From assembly GCA_051294375.1 (NCBI GenBank), contig CM119268.1, forward strand, positions 19,598,625 to 19,662,624: a stretch of 64,000 nucleotides of DNA, in the 5' to 3' direction. The stretch is from Paraspadella gotoi. Its lineage: Eukaryota > Animalia > Chaetognatha. A program made the translations under genes and the position numbers. Every line of letters starts with the position of its first letter. Position 1 is the first letter of the stretch. The notes beneath the pieces are model-generated. The model saw only the letters and a list, made by a program, of their open reading frames with translations, was not told the origin of the DNA and did no database searches. Of the stretch, positions 52,895 to 64,000 are shown piece after piece.

Positions 52895-54728
52895 AGAGAG
52901 AGAGAGAAAAAAGGGAGGGAGAGTGAGAAAGAGAGAGAAGAGAGAGAGTTTTCCCACCAACGAGACGCATTATTAGGTCACTCTCGTTTATAATCGGTTA
53001 TCCGTTGCCTCGCAACGGCGTCGTGAAATTGGGTCTATGTTGATTTTTTTTTATACACGTAACGCGTTATTAGGTCATGTTCCTCGACATTGTTTACTTG
53101 TTGCTCCGCAACGACCACGAAATCTAGGTTAAGTAAGTTATTGTATTTTGGGATTTTGTATTGAGATAAAATAATAAATGGCGATAATAAAAGTTTTTAG
53201 AAGGAAAAATCCACGAAAATCTCGGAATAAATGGCGATAAAAGTTTTTAGAAGGAAAAAAAAAGAGAGAGAAAGAGAGAAGAGAAGAGAGAGAGAGAGAG
53301 AGAGAGAGAAAGAAGAAGATAGAGAGAAAAAGATTGTTCTTTTTTTAGGAAGAAACCAGACCGAGGTCAAATTTAATATTTGCATATTTAATTAATTTAT
53401 AAATAGTTATACAACTCAAATAATTATTATTTAAAAAAAAGTTAAAAATGATTAAATATATACACTAAAAATATTTATAAATTTAATAAAGTACAAATTA
53501 TCAGAATAACAAAAAAAGTAATGTTATATTTGACTATATCTCTCTTATCAACTCCTATTTTAGATATAATTTGCCAATAGTGGGCCAACCGGTCCAAAGT
53601 TGCAATAATAAATAAAAACAATTTTTTTTTTTTATAATGTGATGCATGCAATTATATTATTTGGCGAAAGTGCTGCATATATAATAGGTCACATTAGCTG
53701 ATTTATATGTGATAATGCATATCATTATAAGTTATTCTTCATTTTTTTAAAAAAAATATATAGAGAAGAGGAGGAGAGAGAGAGAGAGAGAGAGAAAGAA
53801 AAGAAAAAACCGAATTTCTTTCCAATTATATCTCAGATATAAATTTGGGATTTTGTATTGAAAAAAAAGCGCGGAATAAATGGCGATAATAAAAGTTTTG
53901 AGAAGGAAAAAAATAATCAGAATTTTTCAAAAAACGAACGATCGTACAGAGTGAGAGAGACAGAAAGACAGAAAGAGAGAGAAAGAGAGACAGAAAGAGA
54001 AAAAGAGAGACAAAGAGACAGAAGAAAGAGAAAGCTGGAAGCCAGCTGAACAGTCACTGCAGAACCTGAACTCGTTTTTTAAGGGTTCAGAAAAAGCAGC
54101 AACTGACAAATATAGGAAAGAAAATCTATATATAATTTAAAGAATAAAAGAAAGGCAAAATATGTTACAATTGTTTACAATTGGAATTTTTCCAAATTTT
54201 TCCAAATCGCAGCTTGTAAAAGATTTAATTTATATTTGTATTAAAAATAAGATATAGCTTCTCATTAAAAAAATACTTTGAGTTCCCATTTTTATTAAAT
54301 TTAAAACAAATTTTTTGAATTTCATCTTCAATATTATATACTGCAATATGTAAATTAGATTAAAGCATTTCTAAGTACTTTAATCTCATTTGCATATTGC
54401 AGTAAATCATAATGAAGTGGAAATTCAAACAGAAAATACTAAAATCCAAATGTAATATGAAAATATCACAGCTATTTCAAGATGAAAAGCCATATCTAAA
54501 TTTTTAACTTACTATGATTGCACACTTTTGTAAAACTTTATCATAATTTATAATAATTTTATTTTAAAAAAACGGTAAGTCACAGCCAAACCTATAAAAG
54601 CGTAGTAGTTTTTATATACAAAAACAGCGTGACGGACGACGACGACGACGACGACTACGTCACAAAGAAGCAACCCTAAAACATTATAGAGCCTGACCCG
54701 GCTTCGCCGGTCAAGGCTCGATAAAAAA
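52332..54728 (-). mobile_element. Near full-length HINE family B element (mosaic interior)
   Basis: Terminal hairpin GAGCCTGACCCGGCTTCGCCGGTCAAGGCTC + GATAAAA with (GAC)n; other end AATCTTAAAAGCATAAAGATCGAGC with an inverted ATCGAGC subTIR. Confidence 0.6.
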
Positions 54729-55283
54729 AACAGTTAATTAAATAGAATTAATTAATTAAAATTTAAACAATTAAAAATTGTTCTATGTTGTAAAAAACGG
54801 AACAAGTTTCTGAGAACAGTATTTTCATTGTATATATATCTTTGAGATAAAGGTTTTCTTACGATTATTAAAAATTTTCCCATAGATTATATCCAAAAAT
54901 CTTTCGTACACCATCATTTACAGCAACATTTATCTGTCTTTTTATCTATCTGTCTATCTATTTGTCTATATTTATGTCTATCTATTTATCTATCTATCTA
55001 TCTTACTTTCTTCACTTATGATTAGTTAAACAGTTTCGCTAATTGAAAGTTATTTCAATTTAACAAAAAAATATCGTTGTCTAAAAACATTACCAAATTT
55101 TATGGGATTTTTTAAATAATATCGTTGATCTTTAGTTAATCTATCTCGATCAATATCTCACGATCCTCAACGCATTTCATGGACAATGAGGTTCTTTTTC
55201 ACGTTTACTCTTTTTATTTACAGGTGACTTTTTTTTTCTTGATAATTTTCCCCCATCGTCTGCCATCGAATCTCCTACTCTCT

Positions 55284-56437
55284 TTTTTAGTCGGATCTGC
55301 TTATCAGCAGATCCCGAGTCCCGACTCTATAATTCACTTTGTCGGTCCGCCCCCTCAATATTGTCGGGCACTAACTTATATCATGTCAGAACATCGAATT
55401 ATGATAAATTATGCAAAAAAATGTCCGTCCGTTCGTCCGTCCGTCCCACCTTAGCAAAAAACACCAATTACTCGTGATTGGATGGATGGATTTGAATGAG
55501 ATTTTGTGTGTGGGTAGGGAAGTGTGTGACTGAGCTGGATATGAAGTTTCGATGGAATCGTCCGAGTGGAAATGAGTTTAAATGGAAAAAACAAAAATAT
55601 AATTCACTATTTGAATACCAATTGCTCATGAGTGGATGGGGCGATTGACCTGGAATTTTGTATGTGGGTAGGAAAGTGTGTGATTGAACAGGAAATCAAG
55701 TTTTGATGGAATCGTTTGAGTGGAAATGAGTTTAAATGGAAAAAAACAAACCTGTTTCACTAATGATTTTTTTTCCTTTTATATTAAATGTATATGCACT
55801 TATGCAGGATGTATTAATAAATCAAATAATTAATCAGTTAATTAATCAATTAGTCAATTAATCACTAATTAATTAATCAGTCAATCAATCCGTCCATCCG
55901 TCCCACCTTAGCAAACAGCCCCAATAACTCGTGATTGGCTGGTTGGGTCGGAATGAAATTTTGTGTGTGGGTAGAAACATGTGTGACGAAGCTTGATATA
56001 AAGTTTCGGTGGAAACGTACCAGTGGAAATGAGTTTAAATGAAAAAAATATATATTTACTTGAATCTTTTTATTTATTTTAGCCCATGATAGATTGAGAT
56101 GAATTTTTGTGAGCCGGTAGGAAAGTGAGTGAAGAAGCTAGATATAAAGTTTTGACGGAATGCAAGTTGAAAAAATTATGCAAGTTGAAAAAATCTTAAA
56201 AGCATAAGGATCCTCACAATTGCATAAAAAGAGAGAGAGAGAGAGAAGGAGACATAAAATAAAATAGAGGATTTTTTTTGTTTTGATAAAATGTAAACAA
56301 AACATTTAATAACTGTCCTGACTCAATTTTAAGGACATCGATGATGACAAGCTGAATATAAATTATAATTAAATATTAAAATTAATTAATTAATTAATTA
56401 TCGTAAGCAGATCCGACATTGTTTGCTCAAACTTGTT
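55284..56437 (+). mobile_element. Full-length HINE family A reference copy
   Basis: 5' TTTTTAGTCGGATCTGCttatcaGCAGATCC, (GTCC)n, 3' subTIR GCAGATCCGAC + GTTTGctCAAAC stem-loop + TTGTT; T-rich flanks, no TSD. Confidence 0.82.
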
Positions 56438-57138
56438 TATAAATCAAGCAAGTTTTCGAATAGATATCCTCTATTAAAAATGTTATATACTTTTTTCCTA
56501 GATAGTATGCATTGTGTATCTCCCTCTTCCTCTCTAACTCTCTCTCTCTCTCTCAAATTGACAATATCATTTTAGTTTCAAAACTAAAATCTATCTGTCC
56601 TTACCATTAGCCTATTCTCACCATTGACCACTGTCCTTTCTAAACTCTGAGTTTGAAACTTTGTCCTTTCTCTCTCTCTTTTTCTCTCTCCCTCTCCTTC
56701 TGTAGAAAATTTGTGAGCAATTCACAAAAAACTTTGACGCTCATATTGTGAGCCGATGCATGTTCGTCTATAATAAAAAAATGTTACCAATAAACTATTC
56801 GTCTATTTAGATAAATTATGCAAAACAAATTATGTCCGTCCGTCTGTCTGTCCGTCCCCCTTTACTCATGGTTGGTGGATGGATTGGAATGAAATTTTGT
56901 GTGTGGGTAGGAAAGTGTGTGATTGAGTTGGATAAAAAGTTTCGATGGAAGTGGAAATGAGTTTAAATGGAAAAAAACAAAACAAAATTTCACTATTTGA
57001 ACGCCAATTAATCAGAAGTGGACTGGGCGATTGACTTGAAATTTTGTATGTGGGTAGGAAAGTTTGTGATTAAGCTGTATATCAAATTTTGATGGAATTG
57101 TCTGAGAGTAAAAAACAAAAAACCTGTTTCACTAATTG

Positions 57139-57590
57139 TGTTTGATCTTGTAACCTAAATTTGCTCGGCCAGGAATTTGAATGTTAGTGAGGTTAAAAAC
57201 GTATATTGTATCAAATAAAAAGGCACGAAATAAACGTATTAAAAAACCGACTAAAAACAATATAAAAACTAGTTAAAAACAGAAAAAAACATATTAAAAA
57301 CAAGTTAAAAACATATTAAAATTCGTGCGTCGCAAATAAAATAATAACCTCTACTGGGTTTGAAAACGGTTGGCCGTCTAATATACAAGATCATATGCGA
57401 CTCAATAAGGCTACGACCAACGCGTTTCCTCAATGACTGGGCGCGGAAACCGCGGTAAAAAAGATACAACATCTTCTCCTAACTCTCGACGGCGATTGGT
57501 CGAGGCCCGCCAATCCAGGACCGCAGGGAAGAAGCTTGCATTTTGCGATCCAAAACGCGAAGGGGAACCGCGCGGCCCAACACAGATACA
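57139..57590. mobile_element. Solo-LTR-like element, second copy, nested in a HINE-A (about 56810-58043)
   Basis: TGTTTGATC...CAGATACA with TSD AATTG at 57134-57138 and 57591-57595. Confidence 0.8.
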
Positions 57591-58339
57591 AATTGATTAT
57601 GTTTCTTTTTCTTTTTATATTAAATGTAAATGCAAGATGTATTAATTAATCAAATAATTAATCAGTTAATTAATCAATAAATTAATACATAATTAATTAA
57701 TCGGTCAATTAATCAATCAATTAATTATTCAAGAAATAAATTTATTTTGTTATCTAATAATTAATTATTCAATCAATCAATTTTTTTATAAATTAATTAA
57801 TTATTTAATCAATTAATCAAGTCAATCTTTATCGGCATTATTGTCATCGTCGCCATCATCGTCGTCGTTGCTTTTGTCGTGGTTAGTGACGAAAAGACCT
57901 AAAAACAAACATTTTGGATCAAATTAATTAATTTATTATTTAATGAATAAATTATTATTTTAGTTTATATAGTTTGTATTAATTAATTAATTAATTACCG
58001 CTAATTATCGTTGGCAGCTCCAACATTATTTGCTCAAACTTGTTAATTTGATTTTTAGTTTTCGTTTTTTTTTCTGCTTTTAGCATCACATTCATATTTT
58101 ATAGTATATTTTTTTTCCTTTTCTTTCCCATTTTCTTTCGACTTTTATTTCCCTTTTTCTTTTCATTTTTCTTTCCCCTTTTCTTTCCCTTTTTCTTTTT
58201 ATTTTCTTTCCCCTTTTCTTTCCCCTTTTCTTTCCCCTTTTTTCCCCTTTTCATTCCCCTTTTTCCCTTCAAATCGCCGTCACGTTTTGTTGATGCCTCA
58301 CGTCTTTGGCAGAGACGCGTGCGGATCACGCGCCGGAGG

Positions 58340-58490
58340 CTACGTCAGGCGGCATCTGACGGTGTCGGACAGAGTCGGGCGACGTCGGGCGGCGTCTGAC
58401 TGCGTCGGGCAGTGTCGGACGGCGTCTGACGGCGTCGGGCAGCATCGGACTGCGTCTGACGGCGTCGGGCGGCGTCTGACGGCGTCGGAC
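58340..58490. repeat. GC-rich 10-bp-unit minisatellite (GGCGTCGGAC / GGCGTCTGAC)
   Basis: Direct inspection. Confidence 0.8.
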
Positions 58491-59602
58491 ATAGTTAACG
58501 GACGCCAGGCATAGTCTGGCGACGGGCTCCAGACCGAAAATAAACGAAACAGGCGACGGAAAGTGAAAGAAGTAAAAGAAAAGAGAAACATTGAAAGAAG
58601 CGGAGGAATTCGAGGAGAGACGATAAAAGAAGCCGACTAAAAAGAAGAAGAAAAAGAAAAAGAAGAAGAAGAACAAGAAGAAAAAGAAAAAGAAAAAGAA
58701 AAAGAAAAAGAAAAAGAAAAAGAAAAAGAAAATGAAAATGAAAAGGAAAAAGAAAAGGGAGAATCTGATTTGCATATCAAAGTAGGATTTGTTGCTTTTA
58801 TCGGGCGACTTTCGCCTCGATGCGGAGCGTCGACCCTCGATTCTAAGATGTCCGAGAAAAAAATGACAGACGGGGGAGGGAGGATATGATGATAATAGAT
58901 AGATAGATAGATAGATAGATAAATAGATATAGATATATAGATAAATAGATAGAAAAGTTTGAAATGAATTTTCAACAACGATTTTATTTTAATAAAAAAA
59001 AACAGACATGTTTCGGCATTAAAAAAGTTAACTTTTAACTTTTTTACTCATAATTATTAATAAATATAGTTAACTAACTTTTTATAAAACATAAAATTTA
59101 GAAATAAAAATACCAAAATATTTTTATAAGTTTTTATTTTTATATTTCAAAAGCTCATATAAATTTTATAAAATTTTAATAATTTGATTTATCATAACTT
59201 ATAATGGTTTTGCTAGTTTATAACAATTTTATATACATTAAAAACCCTCATTTCCGACAAGAAAGATAAAATTATACAAAAAAATGGTCATCACCATCGA
59301 TTTCTACAGACTACATTACACTAAAATAGCTATGTACCTCACTTGATTTGTTATATTTTGTTATTTTTCAACGCTCTACTCTACAATAAATAAACTTATT
59401 CACGATTTATTCGTCATTTATTCGACATTTACGTCATTCGAGATTTAGAAAACCTATGAAACCTATCAAATCAAACCTCGAACAACAATGTACAAAAAAT
59501 ATCTTATATGACTCGAAACCCAAATATTTATTAGTTTATTATAGTTTATTCAGATTCGTCTAAAAACGAGTTCAGCTCTGCATCGGCGGTCCAGCTTCTC
59601 TC

Positions 59603-59638
<36 letters not shown>

Positions 59639-60157
59639 TATTATTTTTTTCCTTCTAAAAACTTTCATTATTGCCATTTATTCCGCGCTTTTTCTCAATA
59701 CAAAATCCCAAATTAACATCCGAGATTTTTGTGGATTTATTTTACGGCTCCGAGATTTAGTCAGAATACGTTTTATGTTTGAAAACAAAGTTAATTGATA
59801 TTCGGCGTTAAATTAAATTCCCGATTTTGAAGTCGCACAAACCCGCAAGTGTTGGTACACTCTCTGTCTCTATCTGTCTCTGTCTCTCCCTCTCACTCTC
59901 TCGTTCTCTCTCTCTCTCACTCATACACGCGTTTGTTTGTTATCTCGATTTTGGATCTTTGGGACGTCGTCGTCGTCGTCGCCGTTGTCTGCGTCGGCGT
60001 CGGCGTCACGCTTTTTGTCTTTCTTTCTCTCTCTTTTTTTCTTTTTCTTTCCCTCTTTCACTCATAAACGCATTTGTTTTTTTTTATTTACGATGAATGA
60101 TCGCATGAATCATCGCATCAATGAATGTTTATCATCGCATCAATGAATGACTATTAA

Positions 60158-60762
60158 GGCGTAGTAAAATTTCTAAATTTAACTTTAATTAAAATTCTAA
60201 AAGTGAGGAACGAACAACATTATATTAATGAACATTTATGTAATAAAAAAATTTATAATAAATTTTACAATTTACGCAGTAGGCCATATTTATACCAGTA
60301 CTAAACCAATAAATGTTAAAATTTCAAAACAGTTTTTTCTAAAAAATTTTTGCAGATTTGGATTTGTCATAAAAAGTTGATAAAAAGAAATATAACTCTT
60401 TTTGAAAAATTCCTTCATTAAGTGGGTCAAAAATTAGAAAAAGCTATATTTTATGCTGAAAATTAACTTTTTATATATTAAATATAGTTTTTTTTAATTT
60501 TTAACCCACTTAATGAAAGAATTTTTAAAAATTATTTATATTTTCTTTCATCAACATTTGACGAGGAATTAAAATCTGCAATCAAAATTAAGAAAAGCCT
60601 ATTTTGAAATTTTTCGATTTTATAAGGATAGTACTATATATAAATATAGCCTAGCGAAAATTAAAAAACATAAAATTATTTTTTTTTACAAATTAATGTT
60701 CACTGATGGTATGTTGTTCATAATTGACTTTTAGAATTTTCGTATGTAACTTTCACTACGCC
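60158..60762. mobile_element. Kolobok-like MITE with TTAA TSD
   Basis: TTAA|GGCGTAGTAAAA..AAAATTCTAAAAGT..GAACAACAT / ATGTTGTTC..ACTTTTAGAATTTT..TTTCACTACGCC|TTAA; RR termini with TTAA fit Kolobok rather than piggyBac (CC). Confidence 0.75.
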
Positions 60763-60959
60763 TTAATGACTATCATCGCTCGTGAATGGCGTTGCGGCTC
60801 ATTTTTTTCCATGCGGCCTTGGTCGGGGGAATGTTCGGGGCCGGGAAGTCAATTTTCTTTAAGAGTGGCGTAGTCGTTGTGGTTAAGGCTTGACTCTTCT
60901 TTTTGGAGAAGTGGGATGTCGAGTCCACTCCTGTCACCAAATTTAAGTAAGAAGACAAG

Positions 60960-61210
60960 GATTTTAGCATGAAACCAAAATGGAATTCATTTACAGAAAG
61001 TAGACAGAAGACGGTGTCAATATTTGGACATAATGATTAAGTACAAAAACCGGTGCTTTTTATACAATGCAAGTGGATCATAGAGGTGGGCAGATTTTCC
61101 TTGCTGATGAAGTCTCGACCAATCAGAGAGCTTGATTCCATTTTGGTGATTTCTTCCCGAGCCACCGATCCGGTTCCTTGCGATTCCATTCGATTCCATT
61201 CGATTCCATC
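60960..61210 (+). pseudogene. Possible Penelope-like RT fragment followed by a hammerhead relic and a (GATTCCATTC)n tail
   Basis: Frameshifted reading GI.FTE..EDG..YLDIMI resembles the PLE RT motif I.FT.E.E.DG.L.FLD; CTGATGA-a-GTCTC-loop-GAGA at 61104-61129. Confidence 0.35.
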
Positions 61211-61630
61211 TTATGGGTAACTAGATATTCCTAGAATGATTGCATCAATCATTTGGTTATCATCGCATAAATTTTTTGTCTTTCGTTTTTTATTTCTTTA
61301 GTTCCTCCTCTCGTCTGGCGAGATCAATACTCTTTTAAGATTTTTTTTTTAATACAAACGTAGGGAGTCCAAAAGAGATCATTAAGTTGACTGGTAGGAA
61401 TCTGTATTAATCGAGAATTAAACGATATGAAATAAATTAATCGATCGATGAATTAATCATTCATTATGTCAATCAAATCTATCAATCAGGAATCCATCAT
61501 AATCGATTCGCGTTGAGATGGCATCGTATCTTCGCTATACGATTGACGTCGCTTTTCGATGGAATAGGTTTTCTGCGTTGGAACCGCGAGGAAGGAATGG
61601 CGTCAAATAGAATCAACTCGTTAGCGAAAG

Positions 61631-61686
<56 letters not shown>

Positions 61687-61995
61687 AAGTTATATCGGGA
61701 TTTATAACACAGAAAACTTTTAAGTTCAGAAAGATAGAGCAAAAACCAAAAAGAGGTAAATAAGATGGTTGAAATATTATATGATAAAGCTAAAATAATA
61801 CTTTATTGAACCGAATAAAACATTCTTTATGATATCCTTATTATTGCAAAACAGAACAGTATAGGATGGCCACGTCTTAAAAGCCCCGTTGAGTTTTAGT
61901 GACAGCAATTTTCAGATTGCAGAATCGTAATACAGTTTTAAAAAAATTAAAAAACATAATCGTAATAGTAAGAACATCTCTACCCGCAGATTCGC

Positions 61996-62066
61996 TTTTT
62001 ATCCAGCCATGACCGGCGAAGCCGGTTCAGGCTTGATATTGATTCGGGTGAGCTTTTTGTGACATA

Positions 62067-62097
<31 letters not shown>

Positions 62098-62620
62098 GCG
62101 TCACGTAGCTGTTTAAAAAAAAAACTACTACGCTTTTATAGGTTTGGCTGTGACTTACCGTTTTTTTTTAAATAAAAATTATTATGAATTATGATAAAGT
62201 TTTACAAAAGTGTGCATTCATAGTAAGTTAAAAATTTAGATATGGCTTCTCATCTTGAAATAGCTTTGATATTTTCTTATTACATTTGGATTTAAGTATT
62301 TTTTGTTTGAATTTCCACTTCATTATGATTTACTGCAATATGCAAATGAGATTATAGTACTCATTATCATATCCAAATTAGTACATAGAAATGCTTTAAT
62401 CTAATTTACATATTGCAGTATATAATATTGAAGATGAAATTCAAAAATTTTTTTTTTAAATCTCTAATAAAAATGGGAACTCAAAATAACTTTTTAATGA
62501 GAAGCTATATCTTAATTTTAATACAATATAATCAAATATAAAAATATAAAGTCTATACAATGCTGATAAAATTGGAAAAATTTCCAATTGTAAACCATTG
62601 TAACATTTTTTGCCTTTCTT
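61996..62620 (+). mobile_element. HINE family B 5' portion
   Basis: TTTTTATCCAGCC-atgaccggcgaagccggttca-GGCT hairpin, (GTC)n, reverse-complement match to 54160-54728. Confidence 0.6.
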
Positions 62621-62940
62621 TTATTTCTTTTATTTCTTTTATTCTTTTATTTCAGTTTCTTATATTTTAATTATATATATATTATATATATATATATATA
62701 TATATTATTTTTTCTATATTTTTATATTTTAATTGTTTTTTAAATTGATTTTTATTTTTATATTTTAATTGTTTTTTAAATTGATTTTTGTCTCAGTGGA
62801 AGAGTAAATAAAAAATAATAAATAAATTAAAACAAATATAAATAATTTAAAAAATAAAAATAAAAATTTAGTTTTTAAATGAATATTAGGGTTTACATTT
62901 TATATTTTCTGAGTAGAGAATTATTTTTATATGAACGATA

Positions 62941-63522
62941 ATGGCGACATCAACAGGGGCAGTTGGGTCAGAAAATAATGCAACTTATAGGGTAGTGACT
63001 TGGAATTGTGGAGGGTTAAAGGGTGATACGGGACAGAGGAAGGGTGATTGGTTATTAAATTTATTAAATGCTGATAAGGGGTTAGGTATTATGGTTATTC
63101 AGGAAACGCATTGTAAATATGATAATGAATTATGTCAGGCTGTAAGGGATATGGAATTAAGATATAAGGTGTTGCACAGTCCAGCTACAGTGGGTGACGA
63201 TTATGCAGGTATATTGTGTGTAATTTCTGATGATTGGGAAGTGATAAACAATGTGGTGAGTTTAAGTGGCAGAGTGATGTCAGTAAAAGTTCAAAATGTG
63301 GTTTCTAGCAAAGTGATAAATTTTGTTGTGGTTTATGGAGTGAGTGGTGGATTGGATGGTGGATCATGGATAAGAAAATTGGATGAAATTATAGATGATT
63401 CGTGTTCTAATGTTGTGATAGGAGACTTCAATTTTGTGGAAGAAAGCAGAGATAGAGGGAGTGATTTACTGACAAGATATGATCAGGTTCTTGGTACGAT
63501 TTTTACAGATGTAAAAGGAAAT
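62941..63522 (+). CDS. APE-type endonuclease, N-terminus of a non-LTR retrotransposon ORF2 (L1/Tx1-like), truncated by a gap
   Basis: Motifs VVTWNCGGL, VIQETH, GRVM, VYG, VIGDFN and DR in the expected order, uninterrupted for about 190 aa. Confidence 0.9.
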
Positions 63523-64000
63523 NNNNNNNNNNNNNNNNNNNNNNNNNACTGGATTCAAGCAGGTGGGCAGATTTTCCTTGCTGATGAAGTCTCGACCAAT
63601 CAGAGAGCTTGATTCCATTTTTGGTGATTTCTTCCCGAGCCACCGATCCGGTTCCTTGGGATTCCATTCGATTCCATTCGATTCCATCTTATGGGTAACT
63701 AGATATTCCTAGAATGATTGCATCAATCATTTGGTTATCATCGCATAAATTTTTTGTCTTTCTTATTTCTTTAGTTCCTCCTCTCGTTCGGCGAGATCAA
63801 TACTCTCTTTTAGAATTTTTTTTTAATACAAACGTAGGGAGTCCAAAAGAGATCATTAAGTTGACTGGTAGGAATCTGTATTAATCGAGAATTAAACGAT
63901 ATGAAATAAATTAATCGATCGATGAATTAATCATTCATTATGTCAATCAAATCTATCAATCAGGAATCCATCATAATCGATTCGCGTTGAGATGGCATCG

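Larger units (their letters stand above)
61085..64000. repeat. Direct duplication 61085-61526 / 63561-64000, starting right after a 25-N gap
   Basis: Near-identical sequence. Confidence 0.9.

Noticed and set aside
52995-53127. Hairpins (CCGTTGC..GCAACGG; GTTGC..GCAAC) plus CTAG as a canonical Helitron 3' end
   Set aside because: CTAG is followed by G rather than T, no 5' TC end identified, single short instance
62941-63690. APE LINE with a hammerhead-like 3' UTR as one element
   Set aside because: The sequence after the gap is a duplicate of 61085 onward, so linkage across the Ns is unsupported; the ORF tail WIQAGG.. is an artefact

Overview
Eukaryotic (probably invertebrate metazoan), AT-rich, repeat-dominated genomic scaffold with N gaps; no prokaryotic features. 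Only one host-gene candidate is well supported: a minus-strand exon (about 28.3-31.0 kb) encoding a signal/TM-like segment and the first half of an Ig-like domain, ending at a GTGAGT donor, with a likely next exon at 28151. Most of the rest is mobile DNA. It includes two families of DINE-1-like Helentron-associated non-autonomous elements (many copies, mosaic, carrying minisatellites), a 5'-truncated Penelope-like retroelement (GIY-YIG endonuclease, inverted pLTR) and minimal type I hammerhead ribozyme motifs, one of them inside a hAT-type MITE. There are also two solo-LTR-like TG...CA elements with 5-bp TSDs, Tc1/mariner and Kolobok-like MITEs, and an L1/Tx1-type APE endonuclease. Several multi-kb direct or inverted duplications abut 25-N gaps and differ mostly by small indels, so they are probably assembly artefacts. 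Most ORFs in the track are translations of simple repeats.
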